A DNA stretch of 63,984 nucleotides, counting the filler, from Octopus bimaculoides (lineage: Eukaryota): the NCBI RefSeq assembly GCF_001194135.2. It is 4 parts of 4 records of this genome, joined end to end, with 100 filler letters (N's around TTAATTAATTAA, not from the genome) between each part and the next. Parts side by side here need not be neighbours in the genome. Positions count along the whole stretch, not along the records: positions 1 to 15,281 come from NC_068991.1; 3 more parts are not named here. The stretch is one strand, 5' to 3'. The notes under the pieces are model-generated. The model was not told where the DNA came from and searched no databases. It was given only the letters and a program-made list of their open reading frames with translations. The translations under genes were made by a program, and so were the position numbers. Below are positions 1 through 11,829 of this stretch, piece by piece. Position 1 is the first letter of the stretch. The number at the start of each line of letters is the position of its first letter.

Positions 1-39
<39 letters not shown>

Positions 40-1134
40 GTTTAATAATATGAATGGATGCAATGCAAGCTGAAACTAAAGGAACATAATTAATAACCAC
101 ACACAAAATCCAAAATATATGTATATTCTTCTACATTAATAAAATCGATATAAAAATTGCAAATATATAAATATAAAAATATGAAGATACATATAAATGG
201 ATAAATATCGATATGATGCATAAAACACAGAGAATTTTAGATTTAAAAGTTACAATACATTGGTGTAATAAGAATTTGATACGATAAAACATTAAAAAGA
301 CGTACTAAAATACCACGAAAATATTACAAAGATTCAAAAGTCCCATCTACGGGAAGTTTCAGAGACGCGCCAAGTAATATGAAATATTTCATATTTTTAA
401 AAACTGACACTCCCCTCATCAAGATGTTCACACATAATGCAAAAAAAAAAATACAAATACAGAAATACAAATTGTACAATTACATACCAGCCATTCGTAA
501 AATTAAGACATTGCGATTACCACCTTTATAGTTATCTAATATCACCTCATTATATATATATACACACACACACNNNNNNNNNNNNNNNNNNNNNNNNNNN
601 NNNNNNNNNNNNNNNNNNNNNNNNNNNNNNNNNNNNNNNNNNNNNNNNNNNNNNNNNNNNNNNNNNNNNNNNNNNNNNNNNNNNNNNNNNNNNNNNNNNN
701 NNNNNNNNNNNNNNNNNNNNNNNNNNNNNNNNNNNNNNNNNNNNNNNNNNNNNNNNNNNNNNNNNNNNNNNNNNNNNNNNNNNNNNNNNNNNNNNNNNNN
801 NNNNNNNNNNNNNNNNNNNNNNNNNNNNNNNNNNNNNNNNNNNNNNNNNNNNNNNNNNNNNNNNNNNNNNNNNNNNNNNNNNNNNNNNNNNNNNNNNNNN
901 NNNNNNNNNNNNNNNNNNNNNNNNNNNNNNNNNNNNNNNNNNNNNNNNNNNNNNNNNNNNNNNNNNNNNNNNNNNNNNNNNNNNNNNNNNNNNNNNNNNN
1001 NNNNNNNNNNNNNNNNNNNNNNNNNNNNNNNNNNNNNNNNNNNNNNNNNNNNNNNNNNNNNNNNNNNNNNNNNNNNNNNNNNNNNNNNNNNNNNNNNNNN
1101 NNNNNNNNNNNNNNNNNNNATATATTAGTATTAC

Positions 1135-1281
1135 CTGAAGTTTTTGAGAGAGAACATGTCTTTTCTGTGCATAGAATATCTCCACTGGGCTTGCAAGTGC
1201 ACTGATTGCATTTATCAATGGCTATGAATGTTTGCCCAATTATGTATACTTTTCCATTGTAGTGGCATTCTACTTTTGTTA
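1135..1281 (-). CDS. Internal 147-nt phase 1-1 exon encoding a 6-Cys VWC N-lobe/pacifastin-like module (xTKVECHYNGKVYIIGQTFIAIDKCNQCTCKPSGDILCTEKTCSLSKTS)
   Basis: Acceptor ttttctttcag at 1282-1292 and donor gtaata at 1129-1134. Open frame with C-x-Y-x-G-x2-Y-x2-G-x2-F...D-x-C-N-x-C-x-C-x3-G-x3-C-T-x3-C spacing. Confidence 0.85.
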
Positions 1282-1499
1282 CTGAAAGAAAAGATAATGT
1301 ATACGAATTCAAGATGAAAATGAAATTTCCTCACTCAAAGAATATAACAACAAATATTTTGATCAGCTCAGTTTTACACATACAGAAATACACATAAACA
1401 CAAACTCACGTATGCACAAATATATATACTTTATTTGTGTATTAAGACTCCCATTGATTTCATGTTAAGAAATATCTGAAGCCGTTAGGGATAGGTTAA

Positions 1500-2330
1500 G
1501 GAAAATTTTCTGCTTAATATTTAGCCAATGAAATCTAAGAACTACAATTTTACTAACCTTAAAGAAGTCAATTTTCTAGATATTAACATGCACAGGCAAA
1601 TTTAAACCCTGTGACAAAGCAAATGTGGAAGCCTCATATATAGACATAGGCTCTAAACAACCACCACCAATCAGTAAATAATTAGTTAATAGAATTAGCA
1701 ATCGTGTCTTCAGTCTATCCGCTGATAAAGCTACTTTTGAATAGGCCACTCCATACTATAATGCAGCATTAGAAAACTCTAACTTTAAGAATAATATAAA
1801 CTATATTGAACCAATTGCAAATAGACCAAGAAGATGCAGGCAGAAAAAATCATATGGTTCAATCCACCTTATAGTATTTATATAGCCACTAACATAGCTA
1901 GGAAATTCTTAAAACTAATAGAAATCACTTCCCATACTCCCACAAATTCCACAGGTCTTCAATAGAAACAGTGTTAAAGTTAGCTATAGTTGCCTCCCCA
2001 ATGTAGGTTCAATAATATTCAATCACAATAAAAATAATTCCACCAGGAATACCCTGAAAGACATTGTAATTATAAATCTCCGAAGCACTGTCCTCTAAAT
2101 AAATACTGTGTGGAAAAAGAAGTTGTATACAAGGCCAAAATCATGGACCTCAACGTAGTAACAAAAGCATATATCGGAATGACGGGCAACTCGTTCAAGA
2201 AATGATACAGCATCTGGTGTCATTCAGGGTCAAAAATAGAAGACTCCCAACGTCCCTATTCAATTTTATATGGACATTGAAAAAAGGAATAAGCAACCCC
2301 CAGATCATATGGAGCTTGCTTGTTAAAGCA
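1500..2330 (+). mobile_element. Penelope-like element (PLE) fragment: RT C-terminus, thumb and GIY-YIG endonuclease, frameshifted
   Basis: Manual translation gives EVNFLDI, IWFNPPYS, NRNSVKVSYSCLPNVGSII, and CPLNKYCVEKEVVYKAKI...AYIGMTGNSFK (GIY-YIG). Confidence 0.8.
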
Positions 2331-2839
2331 GAAAAAAACAGGGGGTGGTGCACCAAATACCCAACCACTTAAACGTTATTTCAGAAGCAGGATATTCACA
2401 TAATCGAACAAGTGAATCCTCATCGTTGAACGATGGAGACCCAACACACACACACGCACACACTCACACACTCACACACACACACCGACTGATACACATA
2501 CACAAATACACAGAGTAACACACACACACTACACACATCACATACACACGCTCACACACACCTACACTCACACACGTACTCACGTCCCACTTCATATCGC
2601 AAAATCAACGGCCAACTGGTATGGATAGATCTATACAAGTAGTTGCCACACAAAAAATAATAATTGTAGGTGCGTTTCAGTTCCCACTTTCCGGTCTTTA
2701 ACAGCGAACAAACTAAGTGAAACAGAGCTAGTGATTGACATATTGACATTTAACCAAAATAAAATAGTGGTAGATGTCGGGGATAAGAGCATAATCAATA
2801 ATCAATGAAATTTGTTTGAAAAGTGTCTTTCAATATTAC

Positions 2840-2986
2840 CTGTAGTTTTTGAGAGAGGACACACCTTCTCGCTGCACACAACAGCTCCAGTGGACTTGCA
2901 AGTGCACCGATTGCATTTATCTATGGCTAAGAATATTTGCCCAATTAAGTATACTTTTCCGTAGTAGCGGCATTCTAATTTAGTTA
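2840..2986 (-). CDS. Second paralogous 147-nt phase 1-1 VWC/pacifastin-like exon (xTKLECRYYGKVYLIGQIFLAIDKCNRCTCKSTGAVVCSEKVCPLSKTT)
   Basis: Acceptor ttttattttcag at 2987 onward and donor gtaata at 2834-2839. Same length, phase and Cys spacing as 1135-1281, and the upstream intron sequence is also homologous. Confidence 0.85.
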
Positions 2987-3143
2987 CTGAAAATAAAAAA
3001 GTTGTGTACGAATTCAAGATGAAATTGAAACTTTCTCACTGAAAAAATATTACGACCAAAAGTTGATGAGCTCAGCCTTACACATATACAAATACATGAA
3101 TACACATAGACACTCGCACATACACATCTGAAAACAAGAACCT

Positions 3144-3189
<46 letters not shown>

Positions 3190-3379
3190 ACAGTGATCGA
3201 AATTTAGATGTAAATTAAAAATATTCTTAACTCAGTCCGGTGTGTCTACGAGCATCCAAAAGAAGAGACACACTGTATATATACAGATATAGATTTATAT
3301 ACACAAGGTACCCCAAAGTAACTGGAAACTGTCTTTCTCTTGGCAGGTAACCATATACCTCCTCAATAGCAAGACAACT

Positions 3380-3680
3380 GTTTCTCCCTCTCTGTTCTTC
3401 TGTCACACTCTAATCTTTCCTCATCTAATACCAAATCACCTCCTCTAATACCCCCACCCTCTCAAAATTCCTTGTCTTGTAAGTTACTTGATGACACGGC
3501 AGGCGCTGGCGCCACGTAAAAAGCATTCAGTCCACACTATGAAGCGGTTGCCAAAACTAACCTCGCCTGTGCTGGTGCCATGTAAAAAACACTTAGTGTA
3601 CTCTGTGTGGTGGTTGGTGTTAGGAAGGGCATCCAGATGTAAAAACCATGCCAAACAGAACAGTAGCCTTGTGTAGTCGT
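3380..3680 (+). mobile_element. RTE-LINE 3'-UTR-type interspersed repeat
   Basis: Shares motifs (cttgtcttg..agttacttg, gctggtgcca.gtaaaaa.cac, ggttggtgttaggaagggcatccag) with the 3' ends of the RTE copies at about 50.9-51.1 kb (+) and 56.6-56.9 kb (-). Confidence 0.65.
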
Positions 3681-3799
3681 CTACACCCCGCTTAAAAGTT
3701 AAGAACAAAATTCTTGACCATTTCTGTGAACACATCACGATTTACTCATATGAACACATACACAGCCCAAAATACAAGCCAAACTTCAGCAAAAAAATA

Positions 3800-4870
3800 A
3801 TGGGTTGAGCTGAACAGATTAAAGGATGATAAAACAATAACAATCAAAGAAGCTGATAATGGGAGTGCAGTAGTCTTAATGGACATGCAATATTATATAA
3901 CTCTAGTGCTATCCATATTAGAAGACACAACATACTATGAAAAAGGCCCAACACTACAGTCAGCGGAAAATAATGAGCAGCATAAAAACTCTGATAAACC
4001 TATACAGAGGACTCACCGTCAAAGAACACGACTGTATTACTAACTTCAAAAGAAAATCCAGTCAATTTTACGGTATTCCTAAGATACACAAAAGTGAGAA
4101 AATAAGTAACGCATGTAGGAGTGCCACAGATATAATAGTCAGGGTACTCCCACCCAATGACCTCAAATTAAGACCTATAACAGCAGACCCCGCATGCAAA
4201 ACTTACCGTCTCAGCAACATTTTAGATACCCTCTTAAATCCATTCCTCAAGCATATTAAAAACAATTAGTAAAAAACCCTACTAGTATCCTTTGATGTAG
4301 TCAACCTGTACTCTAATATCCCCCCCATAACCAAGGAATAGAGGCAATCCAGTTCTGGTTAGAGAATTAATCCAATGAACTCCCACAGCACATCAAAAAA
4401 CAATTCATAATAGAAAGGCTAAAATTCATCTTCAAGAATAACTTTTTCGTATTAGTGATAAGTTCTATCTACAAAATCGGGGACTGCGATGGGTACGAGA
4501 ATGGCCCCTTCCTTTGCTAACCTGAAATCACTCTTTATCATAAGGAATATAGCCATCAACAACTTCCTTTCCTCGACATCCTCATAAACAAATCCAACAG
4601 CAAAATAGAAACAGACATATACTATAAGCCCGCGGATTCTAAGTAATATCAACCGCTCAACTCATGCTACCCCGGACACATTAGAATGACTATCTCTTTC
4701 AACCTGGCCTAAAGAATTTGCAATATAGTATCGGATACTAGCACTGGGGACACTCGACTACATGAGCTAAAGGATACACTCATCAGCAGGAATTACTCAC
4801 TATCACTAATTGATATAGGTTTTCAACGTACCCTACAACTCAACGTCCACGAACTCAAACATCCCAAACC
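3800..4870 (+). mobile_element. Penelope-like element reverse transcriptase pseudogene
   Basis: TIKEADNGSAVVLMD, FYGIPKIHK, LRPIT, VSFDVVNLYSNIP, GTAMGTRMAPSFANL, LPFLDIL and ETDIYYKP are PLE RT motifs, with several frameshifts. Confidence 0.88.
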
Positions 4871-5415
4871 AAAGAATGAATGACAACTAAAAACCCTACC
4901 ATAACTAACCATTACAAAATGTATTTCATGATAAAATTATTTTAACATTTTAAACGGCAAGATGTAGCATTTAATTATGATTCTAATCGTAATTATGCGT
5001 CTTAAAAAAATGTCTCTCTGTGAAAAGTGTGGTGCTATGAAGTGGGACAAGGAATCATTAGGTAAGTGTTGTTCTAAAGGTAAAGTCCATTTACCAATGA
5101 TTCAGCCTCCAGAACTTGTAAAACATCTTTTGGGTACCACTTCAGGATCAATATANNNNNNNNNNNNNNNNNNNNNNNNNNNNNNNNNNNNNNNNNNNNN
5201 NNNNNNNNNNNNNNNNNNNNNNNNNNNNNNNNNNNNNNNNNNNNNNNNNNNNNNATATATATGCGTGTGTTTGTGCGTGCATGTGTGTGTGTATATACTT
5301 CTCCACTTTCTGTTTTAAATACCAAATATTACGATTCGGCAAATAAAGTTTTTCAAAATTGCAATTGCATATCACTTTTTTGTCCTGCTTAATTTTAAAG
5401 TTTTTATTATTTTAG

Positions 5416-6971
5416 GATGAAGAACACAAGCATAGGTGCTGAGCCAGTGACTAAACTGGTCAATTTGGCATGTTCATGGATAACAGACCGTTCGGCTCTG
5501 TAAAACCTTACATATTCCTGAGAAATAGACTGAATCATACCAACTCTAGATTTCCGCGAGATATACAATATCTTATGTTTTCTGTTGATAAAAACCGATA
5601 AGAGAGGTATTGAATCCGGTATATATGCCATTATGAAGACCACTAAAGACAACGGCATGGTTTAAAAGGCGGCTTGATGATAATGACAGGCAACTAGAGA
5701 GCAGCTGGAATATGATAATCAATGTCCGTGGTTCCAAGCAATTTTGGGCTAGAAAATGTTCAGACTTGATGGCTATGAACGAAAATTATGGCCCGGCCCA
5801 CTTGTTCCTAACTTTGTCTTGTGCAGAGTACTTTAGGCTGGATCTGCGTGAATTTTTGGAAAAGCTGAACGCAGATATACCAAACGCTACTACAAAGCGC
5901 ACCAATGAACTGTGTGCTGATGACGTAGTGGCTGTTAGTGAGTATTTTCACCCTCGATTTGCTACCTTTATGAGAGAGGTCATAAGACACAAAAACAGTC
6001 CTTTCAGTCTGGTCGAGCACTTCTTTTGGAGATTGGAATACCAGATGAGAAGTGCACCACACGTTCACATGAAATTGTGGATTAAAGATGGCTCGGTTAT
6101 GGCTAGAGACGACAAGAGTACGATTCAGACTTTTATACAGTCCATGATCACTTGTCGTCTTCCGTCGAATGGGGAAAGTTCAGTTTTGTCGGACTTGGTT
6201 TCGCGTTTTCAACAACATGTCTGTAGTGGATCCTGCAGAAAACTTATTTATTCAAACAGTCGATTTTACACCCGATGCAGATTTGGATTTCCACGTCCTG
6301 TTAGAAATTTCCGTTTGCTTAGTGTAGACGACAGTATAAAGTCAGAACTGTCAAGAAACTTTTCAAACTTGACAGACGACAGGGGGAAGAGTCCATTAAT
6401 GACTATAACCCTCTTGTTCTGTATGTCTGGAAGGCGAATGTCGATATACAGTACATTGGTGAAGATAGCATGATTCTAAAGCGATATGTTACTAGTTATC
6501 AGACAAAGTCCGGAAAGAGTGACACTGAAGGCATTTCGGCTGAGATTGACAAATCCAAGTCTATTTATTCAAAGTATGAGAGTGTCAGACTTCAGTTGAT
6601 GAGCAAGTGTGAAACAAGCGCCTATGAAGCTGCTGACAAACTAACTGCTTGGCCACCACTTCTATGGGTGTTCTGAAAGCGTTATTTGGATTGGAGCAGA
6701 CTTGCCCAGTTACCGATCGCATAGGTTCAAACCTCAGTATGAACTGGACCAACTGGAGCCGGACTCCACCGATGTTTATTATGAGAACATGGTGGAAAAT
6801 CGGTATCCAAGCAGACCCGATTCGATAGAGCACATGAATTTGTATGAGATTGCAAGTAAATATGAACACGTGCGTCCAAACAAAGCCAGACATGCTAATG
6901 AACAAATGCAGTTGAGAAAAAAATCTTGGCTATTTCCGTTCTGTCGAAGAGCGAATTGTAAAGTCGCCAAA
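5416..6971 (+). pseudogene. Helitron Rep (HUH endonuclease) domain, frameshifted
   Basis: Motif 1 GPAHLFLTLSCAEY, motif 2 FWRLEYQMRSAPHVHMKLW (HUH), and INDYNPLVLYVWKANVDIQYIGED...RYVTSYQTK (motif 3, YxxxY), then SAYEAADKL. Confidence 0.88.
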
Positions 6972-6979
6972 CATTAGAT

Positions 6980-9874
6980 CAGTGTTTCCCAAACTTTTCG
7001 CCCACCGCCCACTGATACAACCCACCCTACTAACACTAAATCTTCTAGGAGAATCCCCCCTTGTATCATTTGACACACACACTATATCGTAGACTCGTTG
7101 GCTGGTTAGTGCTGTTTGGACTAAATATGCGGTTGTTTACAAAACTCTTTTGTGGGTTTAGTTTTGCCATTAGTGTGAATAAAATTCTAACGTTTACTCT
7201 ATATTATGCAGACAGACTAACTTTGGTAAAGTTGCGCTTTCTTTTACACTGATTTTTATCTTCCCCAAATGAACCCTTGATCAGAACTACCGATGCAAAA
7301 ATAATTAATGATTGTATTATAGGAGGAAAAGAACAGAACTTTTTAATGAGAACCATGTTTCTGGTGCAATGCAGCTAGTGCAGATACATTCGGTTTCAAA
7401 CTTGTCAACTTTAGCCGCAAGTTTCCTCGTTCTGTCACATCCAGTCCAATTCTTTTATGGGAAAGTAAAGTTCCAACATGGCTAAAACCAGTTTCAACCA
7501 GGTACGAGGTAGGGAAGGCACGCAAAAGTAATTTCAGATGTTTCCCCAGATTGGGGTAAGAATTCAATATACTTTGTAGCTATCACAAACCTTTGCCATT
7601 TCGGCGATATCGCATTGTGGTGTCATTGTCAATTTGTAATTTTATCAATTCCTCCTGAATGTCGCCGTCGCAACTGACTGCATCGAACTCAAGCGGATTG
7701 ATATACCAATTTGGAATATTCAGTGCAATGATATCTTGAAATCGTTCCACCATGTCATCGTGCAATGGTTGTAAATAGTTGCGATATGTAGTTAAATCAA
7801 CCAATTCATCTTTCAAAGAGTCAAGTTCTGGAAATTAATGGAACTGACATTTTGAAATGTTAGTCATATACAACACCAATTTCGAAATGAAGGTAGTGAT
7901 AAAAGATTTACAGTCAACGAGAGATTTTGTATTCTTGCAATAACTTATTCAAATGATTTAATTTTGCGAATATATCACAAAGAAAAAAGATATCGCACCT
8001 TGCAGCCATCAATGAAGTGGATAGTGGAGTATCTTCAAAGAAAGATATGATTATATGAAACAGTTCAACAAAGCTTAAAACACAGTTTCCTTTTGACAGC
8101 CACCGCACTTCGGTATGGTATAAGGATTTAGTATAGTCCTCATCATTTCTCAGACAGAGTTGACGGAAAATTCGTTCAGACAAGGGACTGAACTTCAATT
8201 TGCTCACAGTCTTGATAACTAACTGTAGCACATCATTCAATCTGCCGTTCATATTTTTTGCAACTAAATGCTGACGGTGTGCCAAGCAATGAATAGTTAA
8301 TATCTGGTGGGAAATTTTACGTTTTAGGAGAGATGAAAAAACCTCTGTATCTTCCTATCAACGAAAGGGGCTCCACCAGACGCACAGGCAAGAATATTAC
8401 TGAGTGGGATATTATGTTTAAAAAGGTAAGACTTGAGAGTGTGAAAAATAGTTGCGCCTTTTGAATCAAGCAGTAATTTCACTGTGAACAGCATTTCCTC
8501 ATACGGTTGAAGGTTTTGGCTGAAATACCGAACACATACCATCATCAAACATTGATTCTCCACAACAATTGACTCATCCACTTGTATAGAAATTTCAGAA
8601 CGCAGGATAATACTAATAAGATAATGTTTTGACATCGTTGGTCATTTAATCGATACGTCGAGAAATCATGCTATCGGGTTTTTCGTGTATAACTAGGCGA
8701 AATATTGTTTTTCCAATTGTATGAGACTTTCCAGACTTAGCAACAAGCAATGCAATATTGTACGATGCAATCAACCCGTCATTCTTCTGCTTACTAGTTT
8801 TCTGGAGTAGCGTGCTGAATGTTTGTGTTTGCTTTTTGAAAGAGGCGCTCAGTTGCAAAAATTAGGACAACGGCAGGTCCTTTTTGCCCGAATGCTTTGC
8901 ATCAAAGTGATACTTCAAGCGTGAAGGTTTCATTGCTTCGTTGGTCAATGTTGGTCAAAGAAAGCACATTGGTAACTGATAGTTCTGAGGAGAGGGAATA
9001 TATCCAAACGATAAATAATCACTGCTGTACTGTCGACAAATTTTCTCGACTGGAGACATTAGAAAAGTAAAAATGTGAAAACGAATTTCTACGGACGGCG
9101 TCCGAAAGGCAGTATGATATTCCCAAAGTGAAGTCGATAGAGTCAGGCGACACGTCTTTACTGGAACAAATACGGATCTAGTTCATTTGGCTGCCAGCAT
9201 TTCAAAAATTAAAGCTTATCGAAAATTTTAAAATCTGGTACATTAATATATCTTTCCAAGCTAAATTGCTGGAGTTATTCAACTTCTTTCAGAAAAATGT
9301 CTTTGAAAAGTTATAGAGGTTTAAAGTTTGATCATTTTCACCCAGTCAAGAAACACGACTTCAAAGCTGTCATTTTGAGCGTGACTGCACATTTTGTTAG
9401 CATCCCGAAAATAGCACTTGTGTTTTGATATGTAACCGTAGAATTACGCACGACGTATAACCCCTCATTACTTTTTTATTTGTCAGAGTTTTCAGAAATT
9501 TTTTGCGAATTTGTATTCTACATGTGGGGCTTCATACGATTATGCACTCCCCCAAAAGCGCGATTTAAGGCCTAGACTTATTTGGCTGCTATTTTTAGCA
9601 TATATGACGACCATCTCAATGCTATTTTTAGCATATATGATGATCATCTGAATGAAAAGTCCGCTTTTTTAATACAAACGAACGTCTCATGCAAGTAGTC
9701 AAATCGATAAAAGTTCATCTTTATTCTAGATATAAGTAAATGCAGACTTGATTTCTAAAAATTCTTTGTCACCCACAAAATGTTCACATCGCTCACCATT
9801 TTCTAGAAATTTGCCCATCGTCCACCTGTAAGTTACCCACCGGTGAGCGATATCGCCCACTTTGGGAAGCTATG
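6980..9874 (-). mobile_element. Full-length hAT transposon of the Buster/Charlie group with 8-bp TSD CATTAGAT
   Basis: Imperfect TIRs CAGTGTTTCCCAAACT (6980 onward) and reverse-complement CATAGCTTCCCAAAGT (ending 9874). Identical flanking 8-mer at 6972-6979 and 9875-9882 with central TA, the Buster nnnTAnnn target. Confidence 0.93.
7343..9059 (-). pseudogene. Buster-type (SCAND3/ZBED8-like) transposase, frameshifted
   Basis: MSPVEKICRQYSSDYLSFGY...NEAMKPSRLKYHFDAKH (BED-like), SIQVDES, HRQHLVAK, LYHTEVRWLSKGN, C-terminal FPTSYLVETGFS...GNLRLKLTSLKPNV. Confidence 0.9.
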
Positions 9875-9882
9875 CATTAGAT

Positions 9883-11661
9883 TGACCACGGATACTTTGG
9901 AGTGTTATTACCACAATCTGCTCATGCTCTTCAAGCCTTGGCGTGACGCATAAAAAGACTTTCTTGGAGGTTGCAAGTCCTGTGATCAGTATGCCAACGA
10001 TTTATTTGAAATTGTCAGGTTCCAGAATGTGTACAAACGTATAGAAGATGCGCTGAAACATGGCAAAAATATTCAAAGTGAATCTCAGACTGATCTCAAT
10101 GATGACTATTCTGGTGGTGATCATATGGAAGCTTTGGCAGATGAAGATGTTGTCAACCTGTCTCGTACGAGAAATATCACTGAGGAAGCACTGAGCCATA
10201 AAGAAAGCCAACTGAATGACGTGCAAAGAAAAATTTATAATGATATTGTGGTCGGTATTGAGAACCAAAACAATCACCGGGACAACAACAAACCTTATCC
10301 GCGATGTCATTGTGATGACTGCACAAGTTTTGAAATTTGTTTCTGGTGGTGGTGGCACGGGCAAAAGAATTTTGATAAATGTATTGGCTGATAAAATTCA
10401 GTACATGTACCCAAATGACAATGGTCCGAGTGTAGTGATATCAGCACCAACAGGAATGGTCGCTTTCCAACTAAACGGAACGACTGTTCATCGATTGCTA
10501 AAACTCAAAGGGCAGCACGGCAAAACTCTCGTGTATGAGGAACTATCGAAAGACCATCTAAAACTGTTTCAGGTGATGCTTCAGTATGTGAGACTGATTA
10601 TAATCGATGGTCAGTCACTTGCAGCTGGCTTTTATTCACTTGAGATTGCGCCAACTGTTTGAATCTACACAGCACAGTTCGCCTTTCGGACACATAAACG
10701 TGGCTGTCTTTGGTGATTTGTTTCAATTACCACCTGTTAGAGGAAAACCGATGTTTAAAAGAATCAGACACCACGGTGCCCAAAGAGCGTGCTTTGGCAT
10801 TAGCAGCCACCACTTGTGGAGATTCTTTGACTATGACGAGTTGACAGTTAACATGCATCAGAAAGACGATACGGAGAATTATGTTAATATGTTCGACCGA
10901 ATAAGATTGGGTTCACCGCTTGACTCTGACATCCAAATTCTTAATGAGCATAGAATTGAACTGAAAGCTTCTCTCGAACGGGTTGCTTACAAAATGTGTG
11001 AGCTGACTCAGACAACTGATTTGAGTATCGTTTATATTATGCCTCTGAACGATTCGGTATCGGAGTTATGCTCGAGAAACTTGGCATTAGTATTGTCGAG
11101 ATTGCAGGTGTTGATTCCAGCATGCGGCAAACCAAAGGTAAAAAAAAAAGAAAACTAAAAGCAAGAAGTTGACCACCAAGTCGGAAAAAAAAGACGTCTG
11201 ATACTGCTGACCTTGAAACCGTCTTTAAAGTTGGCATTAATGCTCGAGTTCTGATTAAGCGCGACATGGACGTGGACAGCAGTTTGTTTAACGATGCGAT
11301 GGGAACTGTCAAGAGACTCATCTACGAATTTGGAAAGATTACTGCCGTTGACGTTCTCTTTAATAGTTTAAATAAAATCTTTTCCATCAAAACTGTCAAA
11401 GTCGATTACGAATTGTCACCTGGTGTGTTCATCACTAGAGATCAATTTCCCTTGTGTATTGCATATGCAATTTCTATCCACAAATTACAGGGAATACGCG
11501 TCGATGGTGTCATTGTTGATTTGGGTACCGGCGTTTTCTCCGACGGTATGGCTTATGTATCTTTGTGCAGAACGCGCAAACTGTGCAACGTTCGCTTGAT
11601 TGATCCTGATCCATCGAATTTGATTATGTACGATTCCTGCACTTGGAAAGAATACAACTGA
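9883..11661 (+). pseudogene. Helitron Rep-helicase linker and PIF1-family helicase, frameshifted
   Basis: YYHNLLMLFKPWRD, QLNDVQRKIY, Walker A SGGGGTGK (about 10345), SAPTGMVAFQLNGTTVHRLL, LIIID, PFGHINVAVFGDLFQLPPV, QFPLCIAYAISIHKLQG, GMAYVSLCRTR. Confidence 0.92.
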
Positions 11662-11829
11662 GAGAGTGCATTAATATGGAGCCACTTCCATTGTGCAATG
11701 TGAAGCCTAAAATTATTAAACTGGCTAAAAAGGCGACTATGAAGATTAAAGTTGCCATTAATATGGACAGTGAAATCATCAACTTGCCGAAATAAAAAAA
11801 AAAAGGCTAGATTTGACAACACGGTTGCA

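Noticed and set aside
437-1138. Long ORFs spanning N runs (also 15826-16905, 21913-22277, 63203-63983)
   Set aside because: Artefacts of translating gaps and microsatellites.
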